A stretch of 64,000 bases of DNA from Spirochaetia bacterium (GCA_965226055.1 CBDDCA010000004.1:96001-160000), one strand, 5' to 3'. Numbered from the stretch's first letter, positions 20,287 to 31,175 are shown. The notes: generated by a model not told the origin, from the letters alone. Translations and numbers: made by a program.

Positions 20287-21501
20287 TGGAGTTTTACTAT
20301 TTCGTATGAACCCTTTTGATAAAATCAGTATACCGTAAAATTTCTATTATGCCAAGTGTGTAAAGTTCGTGTTGTAAGGAAAGTATCAACAATAAGAGGG
20401 CGCAGAGTAAGTACACAAGGATCCAGAGAGGGACTTTTTTCTTTGAGTAATACAGCAGGAGAGCCGTGTTTATAAGAGTTATAGCGTTGATGATTAAAGC
20501 TATATTGATACTCACTACTTAAGTGTAAAAAAGTACTGAGAGTAGGATTCTGCATTTTTGCATAGCATTCAGTTTCAATAAGTTTATGAGAAGCCTCGAC
20601 ATCAGAATTGTAAGTAGGAGAAGCATATGGGATAGTAGTATGGCGTGCCTCGTATGCCGCAAGAGAAGCAACAAAAGCAGACTGTTTTGTACTAAAAGCC
20701 CCTGAGATAAACTCAGAGCCATTATCAGTTTGAATAGTAATAGAGGAAGTATCAACGTGAAAAGAAGCAAGATGAGTAAGCAGATATTCAATAAACAAAG
20801 CGGTATGAGAAGAGCTTTTTTGAGTGGCAAAGCATATCCATAAAGCCCCCGTAGCGACATCACGTGCGGTGATTTGATACTTTGGGAGACAAAACTTGCG
20901 TAATGAGAAGTATAATTCGGGGATATCAGTAAGATATTTAATGTCTACTTGTATTTTGTGACAAAATTGAAGTAGTGTTTTCCATAGGCGTACTTCTTGG
21001 TTTCTTTGTGCTTTTTGCTTTTTACTTGTCTTATAATACCCCATCTTTCTTAGATACTTAATAATAGTTTTTATGGAATAAGGAATGGTATACTCTCGTT
21101 TTATATGAGAGGCAATACATCGTTGATGATAGTGCTGTAATGTTTCGCATATCTCTTTGAGTTTTAACTGATAGTAAAGTATCATAGTATCTGGATGCTC
21201 TACTGAAGCAGGACGTCTATCATAGAGCATAGCTTTAGGCTTCTCTTTGTATCTTTGCAACCACTTGCGTACGGTATTAGGAGATACATGAAAGATACGA
21301 GCAGTACTTTTGATACCGTGTTCTTTCGCAGAAAGTGCTATAGCTAAGCGTACCTTATGCAGTTCTTTTTGATTTCTTGTATTATAAAGTGTAGAGTATA
21401 TCATGTACTCACCCCCTTTTTTTTGTTTTTGTTTATTATTTCCATGATAGTATAATTACTATCATGGATTTTGGGGGTTCACACAAGATGGTAAAAGTAC
21501 A
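20287..21501 (-). mobile_element. Insertion sequence, IS481-like (about 1215 bp)
   Basis: Imperfect 27-bp terminal IRs: tggagttttactatttcgtatgaaccc at 20287 versus reverse complement tgtacttttaccatcttgtgtgaaccc ending at 21501 (21/27 match). Flanked by direct repeat ataaaagctatttt (20273-20286 and 21502-21515). Confidence 0.88.
20325..21404 (-). CDS. DDE transposase, IS481-like
   Basis: N-terminal HTH (ARIFHVSPNTVRKWLQRY); rve core QVDIK, RDVAT, QTDNGSEF, YNSDVEASHK. Confidence 0.9.
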   Translation of the reverse strand: MIYSTLYNTRNQKELHKVRLAIALSAKEHGIKSTARIFHVSPNTVRKWLQRYKEKPKAMLYDRRPASVEHPDTMILYYQLKLKEICETLQHYHQRCIASHIKREYTIPYSIKTIIKYLRKMGYYKTSKKQKAQRNQEVRLWKTLLQFCHKIQVDIKYLTDIPELYFSLRKFCLPKYQITARDVATGALWICFATQKSSSHTALFIEYLLTHLASFHVDTSSITIQTDNGSEFISGAFSTKQSAFVASLAAYEARHTTIPYASPTYNSDVEASHKLIETECYAKMQNPTLSTFLHLSSEYQYSFNHQRYNSYKHGSPAVLLKEKSPSLDPCVLTLRPLIVDTFLTTRTLHTWHNRNFTVY

Positions 21502-21613
21502 ATAAAAGCTATTTTTTCCTTTCTTTAAATTGCATAAACTGGTATTATATGTATGAGTATGTATACTATGCTATATATTGTATATATACATAAAAGTTAT
21601 GAGAGGTCACTTT

Positions 21614-24526
21614 ATGCAAAAATCTATATCATTTCGTTTTTTTATTTATGTGTGTTTATTAGCTATAATCAGTACTATTGCTTCTTTAATGCCATTACAG
21701 GCATATGAATATGAAGGTAAGAGTATAGTTCCTAAAAACATGGGGTATCCGATTGATTCGGGTTTTATCATAGGGGAGTTTAACAATAAATTACGCTATT
21801 TTATGCGTGAAAATGATAATCCGAAAGACACTGTTATAGTGAAACTTATTGTAGAAACAGGTTCAGCATACGAAGAGGAGAATGAGCAAGGCTTAGCTCA
21901 CTTTTTAGAGCATATGGCGTTTAATGGAACAAAAAATTTTCCGGGAACAACAGTCATTGATTTTATGCGAGAGCAAGGCATTGGGGAAGGGAGTCATTAC
22001 AATGCAAGTACAGGCTTTTATACTACGAGTTATGATTTAGAGTTGCCATCACCATCAGAGGATCCAGAAACATTTAGGACAGGGTTGCAAATTATTCGAG
22101 ATTGGCTATTTTACATTACTTTTGATAGTGCAGAGATAGAGAAAGAGCGAGGGGTAGTGCTAAGTGAGTTACGTGTAAGACGCGGGTTTAATCAAGATGT
22201 ATCTGATTTATTGGTATCAAATATATACAAAGACACAGTGTTATCACAGCGTTTTCCTATAGGAACAGAAGAACATATAGAGGCATTTACTAAAAAGGAT
22301 TTTGAGAAATTTTATAAGCGTTGGTATCATCCTCAGAATGCAGCACTGGTAGTAATTGGAGATATTGACTTAGATGTATATTTTCCCATTATAAAGCAGA
22401 TGTTTTCTATTACAGTAGAAGAAGAATTTTTGCCTCCAAGTCCCTCTGTGTTTGAAGTTCCACGTTTTCCTCGTAAAGATATGGCAGATATATTTACTAT
22501 GCACAGTGAACAAGCCACTGACTCTGAACTAACTATTGCTTTCAAACTTCCTCCTATCCCTGTTACTTCTTCAATCAAAGATATTGAACAAACATTATTG
22601 CTTTTTTTATTGTATCAATCTGTGAATGAGCGATTGACTGAGCTAACACAGGAAGAGAATTCTCCTGTACTATCAGCATATATGTCTGATTTTGATTTTA
22701 ATTTGAATAATAAGGCAGCTCCTGTTGTTTTATTTTATGCTTACATTGATGCCGAAAGAAAAGAAGAGGGTATTAGTGCTTTTACCGAAGCTCTTGTAAA
22801 AATATATGATTATGGTTTTAGTGAAGACGAAATCCAGAGTGCTAAAGATATACTTATCTCACAATTCTATCTTGACGCAGACTCAGAAGATAACGAATCT
22901 TTTGAGTTTGTATTGGGGGTTGAAGCAGCAGTAGTGAGTAAAAATTTTCTGTACTTGGCAGATGATGAGTGGTTGAGTGATTCGGTAAGTGATTTGTTGA
23001 AACCTTTTAAGAAAGAGCATGTACAGTATGTAATTTCACAGATATTTGAGAGTGAGGATAGAGTGGTGCTATTTTCTGAAAAAGAGGAAAGTATAGAAAC
23101 AGATACTATAAGAGAGATATTTTTTGAAGGTATTACTGCTCAATATACTCCTCCTGAAGAAAAACAACGACAGACATCATTACAGTTTAGTCCTGTATTA
23201 CAAATAGAACCTAATGAAGATGTCATTGTAAAAGAGCATTATTATCAAGAACTTGATATGTATAAATGGGAGCTTAAAAATGGGATAACAGTATATAGTA
23301 AAGATACAGATATTGAGGACAGTTCTATTTACTTTTCGGCTAAAAAGATAATTGATAGATTTTCGGATATAGAAGATACTAATATTGCTTTTTCTTCTCG
23401 TGAAATTGCAGGTAATTCAGGACTTGCTAATTTTAATGCAACAGAGTTTAGAAGATATTCTGATACATTACAGTTAAGCATAAGTCATAGTGTATATTCT
23501 GATGAATTACAGATAAATGGTTTTTCTAAAACATTTGATTTTGAGGAAGGGATGAAAATACTATACGAGAGTCTTGTGTACCCTAAATTTGATGAGAAAG
23601 CTATTCGTATATGGCAAAATGAAGTAAATAATGCCTTAAAACAAGAGCGTGATCCGTATTCTGTTTTTTCTGATAGAATAAACAGAATTGTTAATTCGTA
23701 TGATCCTCGTTATGAACGTATAAAAGCATCTACCGTAAATTCGGTTACGCAAGAGAAATTATTGTCTCTCAATAAAGAAATATATGGTAGTTTTAAGAAT
23801 TGGAAATTTTTCTTTGTAGGAAATTTAGATAAGGTGGATTTCAAGGATATTATAGTGAAATATATTGCAAATCTTCCCTATGATCCAAATGAAATAGAAC
23901 ACAAAGTTCAACCTACAGGGCTTTCTCTTGAGGGGTTTCGAGACATAGAGCTTGAATTCGAATCTATAGAAGAAAGCTCCACTGTAGCTCAGCTTATAGT
24001 GCCAATGGACAATGATATGCTCTTGTTTGATAAAAAAATATTAGCAAGAGCATTAGGATTACTTATAGATGTTCGCACTAATGATCTTATACGGGAAGAT
24101 TTAGGACTTTCTTATTCTCCTTATGCTGGTACATATTATAGTGAAGATAATGATACATTAGTGTTATATGTACGAGTATCACATGAAAAAGAAAATCGTC
24201 AAAGAATTGAGCAAGCAGTATTTAATATTATACAAGATATAAGTGTAGGAAATATATCATTATTAGAGTTGCAAAACATAAAAAAAGCAATTATAGAAGA
24301 AAGATACAGTATACTTGATAGTAATCAATTGATGATTAGCTATTTGAGTTATGCTCTCAGTAAAAGAGATGCTGATCAATATGTTAAGGATTATGTGTAT
24401 CCGGGCTATATCCTTGATATACTTATTGAAGATATCACTGTGGATAAAATTGCTGATTTTGCGAAATATGTTTCTGAAGAAGCACAAGGGCTTATTATTG
24501 CAACACTATCGCCAACTGAAGATTAA
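21614..24526 (+). CDS. M16 family zinc protease (PqqL-like), exported
   Basis: GSAYEEENEQGLAHFLEHMAFNGT (HxxEH), EKERGVVLSE, FYKRWYHPQN, IREDLGLSYS; signal peptide; RBS gagagg before ATG 21614. Confidence 0.92.
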   Translation: MQKSISFRFFIYVCLLAIISTIASLMPLQAYEYEGKSIVPKNMGYPIDSGFIIGEFNNKLRYFMRENDNPKDTVIVKLIVETGSAYEEENEQGLAHFLEHMAFNGTKNFPGTTVIDFMREQGIGEGSHYNASTGFYTTSYDLELPSPSEDPETFRTGLQIIRDWLFYITFDSAEIEKERGVVLSELRVRRGFNQDVSDLLVSNIYKDTVLSQRFPIGTEEHIEAFTKKDFEKFYKRWYHPQNAALVVIGDIDLDVYFPIIKQMFSITVEEEFLPPSPSVFEVPRFPRKDMADIFTMHSEQATDSELTIAFKLPPIPVTSSIKDIEQTLLLFLLYQSVNERLTELTQEENSPVLSAYMSDFDFNLNNKAAPVVLFYAYIDAERKEEGISAFTEALVKIYDYGFSEDEIQSAKDILISQFYLDADSEDNESFEFVLGVEAAVVSKNFLYLADDEWLSDSVSDLLKPFKKEHVQYVISQIFESEDRVVLFSEKEESIETDTIREIFFEGITAQYTPPEEKQRQTSLQFSPVLQIEPNEDVIVKEHYYQELDMYKWELKNGITVYSKDTDIEDSSIYFSAKKIIDRFSDIEDTNIAFSSREIAGNSGLANFNATEFRRYSDTLQLSISHSVYSDELQINGFSKTFDFEEGMKILYESLVYPKFDEKAIRIWQNEVNNALKQERDPYSVFSDRINRIVNSYDPRYERIKASTVNSVTQEKLLSLNKEIYGSFKNWKFFFVGNLDKVDFKDIIVKYIANLPYDPNEIEHKVQPTGLSLEGFRDIELEFESIEESSTVAQLIVPMDNDMLLFDKKILARALGLLIDVRTNDLIREDLGLSYSPYAGTYYSEDNDTLVLYVRVSHEKENRQRIEQAVFNIIQDISVGNISLLELQNIKKAIIEERYSILDSNQLMISYLSYALSKRDADQYVKDYVYPGYILDILIEDITVDKIADFAKYVSEEAQGLIIATLSPTED

Positions 24527-24623
24527 TGGTGTACATATAAGTATAGTGCTCTATTGTATGCCTATAGTGTAATTTTTTGAATTTGTTATTTAGAATTATT
24601 TCAATATACCGAAATTCTAAATA

Positions 24624-27600
24624 ATGAAAACTGTACGTATTTGTTTATCAGCTATCATGTTAATAGCTGGTGCTATTGTTCTCACTTTTTTGGTTGTTAA
24701 TACACAAGATGTAAAAAATAGTATAGGCAATTTTTTACTTTCCAGCTATTCCTTTATGGGTTACACTGTACCTCTTTTTTTCTTTTGGCTATTTTATATT
24801 ATCATGAGAAAAGATTCTGTATTACGTTCAGTGACATGGCCCTTGTTTGCATTGATTCCTTTCTTTTTCTTTAGTTTATCGTTTCGTACTTTCTTGTGGA
24901 GTGCAGGAACAACATTACCTCCTTTCTGGGCAGTAACACAGTTGTTTGGTCAAAGTGGAGCAGGAGTATTTTGGGTAGTGTTGGGCACCAGTACTGTGCT
25001 AGCACTGTCTCTACTGTATTATATATCAAGTGCAAGAGCTATAGTGCAACAAACTATAGTACAACAAAATAATAATCAAGAAACACAATCGTCAGTGCGA
25101 CAAAATTCGTTACAATACAATGAAAGTATCACCCCTTATGCTCGATACCAAAAAAATCCTATTCTTACACAAAAAATAACTGCTCAGCAGTATAGTCCTA
25201 CAACAGTGTCTTCACAGTCTATGTATCATCCTGTAGAACATTTTCATCATCATGAGAGTACTCATGATACCGCTCTTAAGAAAGAAGCTACTGCTGTTAC
25301 CTCTACTAATGAAGGGGTATATAAAAAAGAAGTCTCTCATATAGATGCTTCTCAAGAGAGAGATAATGAACAAAAGGATATGCATTTACAATATGCTTCA
25401 TATCCAACAGGGCTAGAAACAGAGAGAAATGAAGAAATATCCCTTTCAAGAAATGATTCTCGCTATATTCTGTTCTTTCATAAAGATACTTCTGTACGTA
25501 AACAGTTATACTATACTGAATATGAACGTGAGCTTTTACAGGATCGTATTCCTATAGGAGTAGAAGGATTTACCAATGTCCCTAAAGATTCTTCTATGCA
25601 AGAAAAGAGACATACCATTACTACTACAAGTGAACCACGCAATAGTATAGCTTCTAACAGTAATAGACTGGTATCTAAACATGAAGTTGATGCTGACAAT
25701 AGTAACGCACAAGAGGGAGCAAGAGGAGAGTCAGGAACTGCTGTGCTGGATCGTGTATCTCATGAGAATGAAGTGTTTAGTAATGATGAAGTTGATATTT
25801 TTGATATACATACTACAGATACCCTTATAGAAACAAACAATAATAATGATGAAAATGCTTTTTTGCAATTAGATGACAACGATGAAATGCTTGCTTATCA
25901 GAAAGAATTTGAGACTGAAGAGTTAGAGGATGCACTAGATGATAATGTATTTGATGGGTATTTTGATGAATCTATATCTGATGCCGATGATTCTCGCATG
26001 CAACAAGATAAACAAGTACCTGTATCTGTAATAGAGGATAGTCATCAAAAGCAGTATGTACATGAATATGAAGGAGTGCATACTAAAGAATCTATACATA
26101 AAGAGCTAGATGAAATAGTGGAAAAAAAGCTAAAGATGCAACAACAAGACAATGCTGATGTATCGAAAGAGCAATCAGAGTCTTCTTCTTTACAGAAAAA
26201 TAATACTATGGTGAATGCACAGAAGTCTATGGAAGATGCCCATATATCCCATATACAAAGTGAAGAAAGTAACAAAACAGGGGATAATGATACTTTTGCT
26301 GATATCAGTGTTGATACTATTAACAAGGGAGAAATACCAACTTCTGAGGATTTTAGCAGAAAGATTGGTGCTATACTTAAAAAAGAACATATTGCAGATG
26401 CAGGTGAGTCTGATTCAAATGCCTCTATAGATATGAAAAAAAAAATTACTAAGACAGCCTCTTCTTCTTCACAGTTAAAGAAACGTAAAAAGAAGTACTT
26501 TATTCCAATATCTGGAGTCTTAAATCCTCCAATACAAGTATCATCTTTAGATACTTCTGCTTTACAAGAGATATCGCAACGGCTTGAAGTAACATTACAA
26601 GAGTTTAGTATTCAAGCAAAAGTTGTATCTGTATGTAGAGGCCCAGTAGTAACATTGTTTGAAATAGTACCTGCATCAGGAGTGAGGGTACGTCGTATTG
26701 TTGAGTTGAGTGATAATATTGCATTGCGTTTAGCGGCTCCAAGTATACGTATTGTGGCTCCTATTCCTGGAAAAGAAGCGGTAGGGATTGAGGTTCCAAA
26801 TAAAAACAGTGATATTGTTAGTTTTTCTGAACTTATATCTCAAAGTGAGTTTCATAATAAAAACTTTGTGTTGCCAATAGCACTTGGTAAAAGTATTCTT
26901 GCAAAAACAGTTGTTGTTGATCTTGCCAAAACTCCTCATATGCTTATTGCTGGTGCTACTGGGAGCGGTAAATCGGTATGTGTTAATTCTATTATTTGTT
27001 CGCTCCTGTACAGTTGTGAACCTGAAAATGTCAAACTTATTCTTATTGATCCTAAGATTGTTGAGTTGAGTTTTTATAATGATATTCCTCACTTGCTTAC
27101 TCCAGTAATAAGTGATCCTGTTAAGTCAGTAAAAGTACTGCATTGGTGTGTAGAGGAAATGGAACGAAGATATGCTATGCTTGAACAGTATAATGTAAGA
27201 GAAATAGAAAGCTATAACAAGAAAATTTATATGCATAATCCTAATGCACAAAAGATGAGTTATATAGTTATTATTATAGACGAATTTGCTGATTTAATGA
27301 TGACAAGTGGTAAGGAAATAGAAACACTTGTATCGCGCATTACGGCTAAATCAAGAGCTATAGGAATACACCTTGTTATTGCTACTCAGAGACCATCGAC
27401 TGATGTTATTACTGGACTTATTAAATCTAATGTTCCTACTCGTATATCGTTTATGGTTGCCAGTAAAATAGATTCTCGGATTATACTTGATGTAAACGGT
27501 GCAGAAAAATTGCTTGGAAAAGGAGATATGCTCTATTCTTCGGCACAACATCCTTTTCCTGATAGATTACAAGGAGCATATCTTGAGGAGGGAGAAGTAG

Positions 27601-27890
27601 AGCGGGTAGTAGAACAGGTAAAGCAAGTAGGAGGAAGTCCACAATATATGGATGAATCTCTGTTTGAACAAGATAAACAGGAAGGAGAAGGCATCGGAGG
27701 TGTAGATGATTTATTATGGGATCATGCAGTAGAAGAGGTTATACAAAGTAGAAGAGCTTCTGCATCTCATTTACAACGGAGATTTAAGATAGGGTATAAT
27801 AGAGCAGCAAGGCTTATTGATGATATGGAATACAAGGGGATTATTGGTCCACAACAAGGAGGAAAGCAACGAGAAGTACTTATTGCATAA
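24624..27890 (+). CDS. ftsK: DNA translocase FtsK
   Basis: N-terminal TM helices, long acidic linker, GPVVT, PHMLIAGATGSGKS, IIDEFADL, ATQRPS, gamma domain QRRFKIGYNRAARL. Confidence 0.96.
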   Translation: MKTVRICLSAIMLIAGAIVLTFLVVNTQDVKNSIGNFLLSSYSFMGYTVPLFFFWLFYIIMRKDSVLRSVTWPLFALIPFFFFSLSFRTFLWSAGTTLPPFWAVTQLFGQSGAGVFWVVLGTSTVLALSLLYYISSARAIVQQTIVQQNNNQETQSSVRQNSLQYNESITPYARYQKNPILTQKITAQQYSPTTVSSQSMYHPVEHFHHHESTHDTALKKEATAVTSTNEGVYKKEVSHIDASQERDNEQKDMHLQYASYPTGLETERNEEISLSRNDSRYILFFHKDTSVRKQLYYTEYERELLQDRIPIGVEGFTNVPKDSSMQEKRHTITTTSEPRNSIASNSNRLVSKHEVDADNSNAQEGARGESGTAVLDRVSHENEVFSNDEVDIFDIHTTDTLIETNNNNDENAFLQLDDNDEMLAYQKEFETEELEDALDDNVFDGYFDESISDADDSRMQQDKQVPVSVIEDSHQKQYVHEYEGVHTKESIHKELDEIVEKKLKMQQQDNADVSKEQSESSSLQKNNTMVNAQKSMEDAHISHIQSEESNKTGDNDTFADISVDTINKGEIPTSEDFSRKIGAILKKEHIADAGESDSNASIDMKKKITKTASSSSQLKKRKKKYFIPISGVLNPPIQVSSLDTSALQEISQRLEVTLQEFSIQAKVVSVCRGPVVTLFEIVPASGVRVRRIVELSDNIALRLAAPSIRIVAPIPGKEAVGIEVPNKNSDIVSFSELISQSEFHNKNFVLPIALGKSILAKTVVVDLAKTPHMLIAGATGSGKSVCVNSIICSLLYSCEPENVKLILIDPKIVELSFYNDIPHLLTPVISDPVKSVKVLHWCVEEMERRYAMLEQYNVREIESYNKKIYMHNPNAQKMSYIVIIIDEFADLMMTSGKEIETLVSRITAKSRAIGIHLVIATQRPSTDVITGLIKSNVPTRISFMVASKIDSRIILDVNGAEKLLGKGDMLYSSAQHPFPDRLQGAYLEEGEVERVVEQVKQVGGSPQYMDESLFEQDKQEGEGIGGVDDLLWDHAVEEVIQSRRASASHLQRRFKIGYNRAARLIDDMEYKGIIGPQQGGKQREVLIA

Positions 27891-27914
27891 TAATACTATT
27901 GTAGTAAAAAGATA

Positions 27915-28670
27915 CTATGTAATATTACGCTCTTTTCGTATGCTATCCCATGCGTTTTGTATTTCCAAAAAACGTTTCTTTGCCTGTTCTATCATAGAAG
28001 GAGACATTCCTTTGCTTTTTAGCATATCAGGATGGTATTCTTTTACTAGTCGCTTGTATGTTTTTTTGATTTCAACATCGCTTGCATCTTTGCTAACACC
28101 GAGTATGTGATACGACTGTTCGGTGCTTGCTTGAAATGAATTCATCATATGATGTAATTCACTCATGCTTATTGAAAATATTCTCGCAACACTTTGTAAT
28201 ATACTTTCTTCTTCAGATGATATTACTCCATCTGCGGATGCTATGCCTGCAAGCTGATAGAGTAGTTGTCTTTCTACTTGCGGGGCACTATGAAATAAAT
28301 TATGAAATTCATGTGCAAGCTCATCTATGCTTTTTGTTTCGTTTTTTGCATTATTAAAATAGTGTATTGCTGAACTCTTGTATTCTGTATTAAGATTTAG
28401 TTTATTGATAAGATCAACTACATAGTCTCCTTCCTGTTTTGATATAGTTCCATCTGCTTTTGCTATTTTTCCTAACAGGGTAAAAAAGGTATAGAAGTAT
28501 AATTCTTGCATTTCTTGAATTCTACTTCCATTAAGTGTACTAAATATATTTGAGTATCCTCGTCTTGCTCTTGCATTTAAGAATAGATTGCCAAGAAACA
28601 TTCCAAGAAAAATACCATAAATACTGCGAAAAATATAATAGCCAAGTATGGCTCCAATTAGCATGCCCAT
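27915..28670 (-). CDS. djlA: DjlA-like co-chaperone (TM + TerB-like + J domain)
   Basis: N-terminal Gly-rich TM, AKADG and ASADG TerB motifs, C-terminal J domain with YHPD. Confidence 0.88.
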   Translation of the reverse strand: MGMLIGAILGYYIFRSIYGIFLGMFLGNLFLNARARRGYSNIFSTLNGSRIQEMQELYFYTFFTLLGKIAKADGTISKQEGDYVVDLINKLNLNTEYKSSAIHYFNNAKNETKSIDELAHEFHNLFHSAPQVERQLLYQLAGIASADGVISSEEESILQSVARIFSISMSELHHMMNSFQASTEQSYHILGVSKDASDVEIKKTYKRLVKEYHPDMLKSKGMSPSMIEQAKKRFLEIQNAWDSIRKERNIT

Positions 28671-28672
28671 AT

Positions 28673-30151
28673 TTATAATTCCTTATAACTTTTTTCTCGT
28701 TTTTCTATTAATATATCACGTAACTCTTTTAATGTTTTATTGATAGATACCTTGTACAGATGAGGATTTAATAATCGCTTGTAGCTGTGGTCAAGGCATG
28801 TGAAATTGTCTGCTACTTGTTGTTTGATAGAGCTAAGACTAGTATGTAGTTGTTTCTGTCCTTTGTGTAAAACGCATGCAAGGAGTGGAAAGGCTTGTAT
28901 ATTATTGGGAAGTTGAAATTTACGAGTATCAAGATACGGATGATATACTGTCTGTAACGAAAAAGAGGTGTTTGTAGGGACATCTGTAGTATGTTCATGT
29001 ACCACTACATCAGCAACATACGATTGATGAGTATTTGTTTGTTGATAACATCGGTATATTTGTTTGATTCCGGGAAGTGAGTTTTTTTCTATGTTATTGG
29101 ATAGTTTTAATAATGGTTGTATATACTTATTACCAGTGTCAGAAGCTATCGTTTCTTTTGCACTTAGCTTATATACTCCACTAAGGCTTTCTTCAATACT
29201 GTTTGCCACAAGTTTTGTTCCTATCCCCCAACTATCGACAGGGCAATTATTTGCGGTAAGATCGGATATGATATACTCATCTAAGTTATTTGAAGCAACA
29301 ATAAATGCCTCTGTTAATCCTGCTTTGTTAAGTCCTTTGCGTACAGCATGTGAAAGATAGTCTATGTCACCACTATCAAGGCGCACCCCAAAATTTTTTC
29401 CTTGTTTTTGTAACATTTTTCCTACCTGTATAGCTGCAGGTAGTCCACTGCTAATGGTATTATAGGTATCTAATAGAAATACTGACATATCTGGGTACAT
29501 GCGAGCATAGGTATTAAAGGCTTCTATTTCATTTTCAAAATTCATGATCCAAGAATGCGACATAGTTCCAATATAAGGAATACTAAATTCTTTGCATGCA
29601 GCTACATTAGATGAAGCACTTGCTCCACCAATATATGCAGCTCTGCTTGCTAATATAGCGCCACTTGGTCCAGGTGCTCTACGTAATCCCATTTCAAATA
29701 TTTTTTTTCCTTTTGCTGCATAGGACATACGAGCGGTTTTTGTGGAAATATAACTACTGTAGTTAATGAAGTTTAGAATTAGCCCTTCTATAAGTTGAGC
29801 TTCTGCTACAGGAGCATGTACACGAATAAGCGGTTCGTTAGGGAAACATACAGTTCCTTCTGGTACGGCATATATTGTGCCACTAAATCGAAAATGAGAA
29901 AGATGATCGAGAAAGCTTTTTGTAAACTGCTTTGTGCTGTGTAAAAAATCTATATCTTCTTTTTTGAAATGCAAATTACTAATAGTATCAAGCAAGGGGG
30001 CTAATCCTGAAAAAACAATGTAGCCCCCATGCGGAGCACTACGAAAAAACATATCGCATACCACATTGTAATCATGCTTGGCATTGTAATACCCTTGCAT
30101 CATAGTGAGTGTATAAAAATCAGTAAATAATCCACTTAAATTGAAATCCAC
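28673..30151 (-). CDS. pncB: Nicotinate phosphoribosyltransferase
   Basis: LFTDFYTLTM, EMGLRRA, GTMSHS, LLDTY, GVRLDSGD, GIGTKL, GVYKL. Start is GTG 30151 or TTG 30175. Confidence 0.93.
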   Translation of the reverse strand: MDFNLSGLFTDFYTLTMMQGYYNAKHDYNVVCDMFFRSAPHGGYIVFSGLAPLLDTISNLHFKKEDIDFLHSTKQFTKSFLDHLSHFRFSGTIYAVPEGTVCFPNEPLIRVHAPVAEAQLIEGLILNFINYSSYISTKTARMSYAAKGKKIFEMGLRRAPGPSGAILASRAAYIGGASASSNVAACKEFSIPYIGTMSHSWIMNFENEIEAFNTYARMYPDMSVFLLDTYNTISSGLPAAIQVGKMLQKQGKNFGVRLDSGDIDYLSHAVRKGLNKAGLTEAFIVASNNLDEYIISDLTANNCPVDSWGIGTKLVANSIEESLSGVYKLSAKETIASDTGNKYIQPLLKLSNNIEKNSLPGIKQIYRCYQQTNTHQSYVADVVVHEHTTDVPTNTSFSLQTVYHPYLDTRKFQLPNNIQAFPLLACVLHKGQKQLHTSLSSIKQQVADNFTCLDHSYKRLLNPHLYKVSINKTLKELRDILIEKREKSYKEL

Positions 30152-30258
30152 CTGTAATAGTATACCAGTAATCAAAGAAATGTGTGCGAAGAAGAGGGGC
30201 TACATACAGACTCAAACCTGAAAGGTGGTATTAATTTGTTACTCTAGTTGAATGCTAT

Positions 30259-31080
30259 TTAGTATTCTGTATTAGCTGTATAAGATTGTTGTAGGGTAGC
30301 AGTTATTTCTTTTTCAAACCATTTCACAAGGGCAAACATCCTATATAAAAGGCTTTTTGTTGCTCGTAATCGTATTCCTTCAAAAGGCATACTAATATTG
30401 CTATAGCTAACAGCATATATTGTAAATGTGTTTTTTTTTCTTTGAATGAGAATATTGTTCAATAAAGTCTTTGGTGATGCAATAAGAATAAAAATATTAT
30501 AAAAAACATGCTCTAAATTTTTAATTGAAATGAGAAATTCATGTGAGTCTTTATACATAATGTCATAACTAAACAGCCCTTTGCCAAAAGAGCTATCGTG
30601 CTTAAAAATAGTTGTTTGCATTGATGGTTGAAGGATAGAAGGAACTATGTCTTCTATGGGAGTTTTATCGTCTTTTGATACAACAGTATATATATCCTTA
30701 ATAAAAGTGCGATATGTTTGACGACTGTTAGAGTAGTATGTTATATTTTTTTGAGAGCGTATTGAAAGTAAGGTTTTTAATGTGAGTAAATCAATCTCAG
30801 TATCTGTTATAGTTTCAAGATATTCTTGTGGTATAGTAAAAGAGTAGTGTAGCTCGCTCCCTATGTTAGGAGTTTGCTCTTCTATTGTCTTTTGTACTGT
30901 ATCAATGAGTACAGAAGCAGGAGCTAGCTGAATAGAAAAAGGTTGAGTGTATAAAAAATGAGGAAACTCTGGAGCAGGAATTTTTTCTTCTGCATATGCT
31001 AAGATATGAGCAAAAAGTACAAAGCAAGCTATTATTCCATAATGTAGGGTACTGCTATGATTATATTTAAAAGAATTCAC
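30259..31080 (-). CDS. Exported hypothetical protein (resembles a spirochaete DUF6675-like family)
   Basis: Signal-like N-terminus; I.YYS.SR and D..FG motifs recalled from Treponema-type hypotheticals; family assignment tentative. Confidence 0.55.
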   Translation of the reverse strand: MNSFKYNHSSTLHYGIIACFVLFAHILAYAEEKIPAPEFPHFLYTQPFSIQLAPASVLIDTVQKTIEEQTPNIGSELHYSFTIPQEYLETITDTEIDLLTLKTLLSIRSQKNITYYSNSRQTYRTFIKDIYTVVSKDDKTPIEDIVPSILQPSMQTTIFKHDSSFGKGLFSYDIMYKDSHEFLISIKNLEHVFYNIFILIASPKTLLNNILIQRKKNTFTIYAVSYSNISMPFEGIRLRATKSLLYRMFALVKWFEKEITATLQQSYTANTEY

Positions 31081-31175
31081 TATTACTATCCTCGTACACT
31101 GTTCTTATAGATTGGTCTTATAAATTGGCCTTATAAACTAGTGTAATATATTGTATTATTAGTATACTAGAATGT

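Noticed and set aside
20240-20290. IS targeting a dif/xrs site (IS1202-type behaviour)
   Set aside because: No XerC/XerD-like 11-6-11 site is recognisable next to the insertion.
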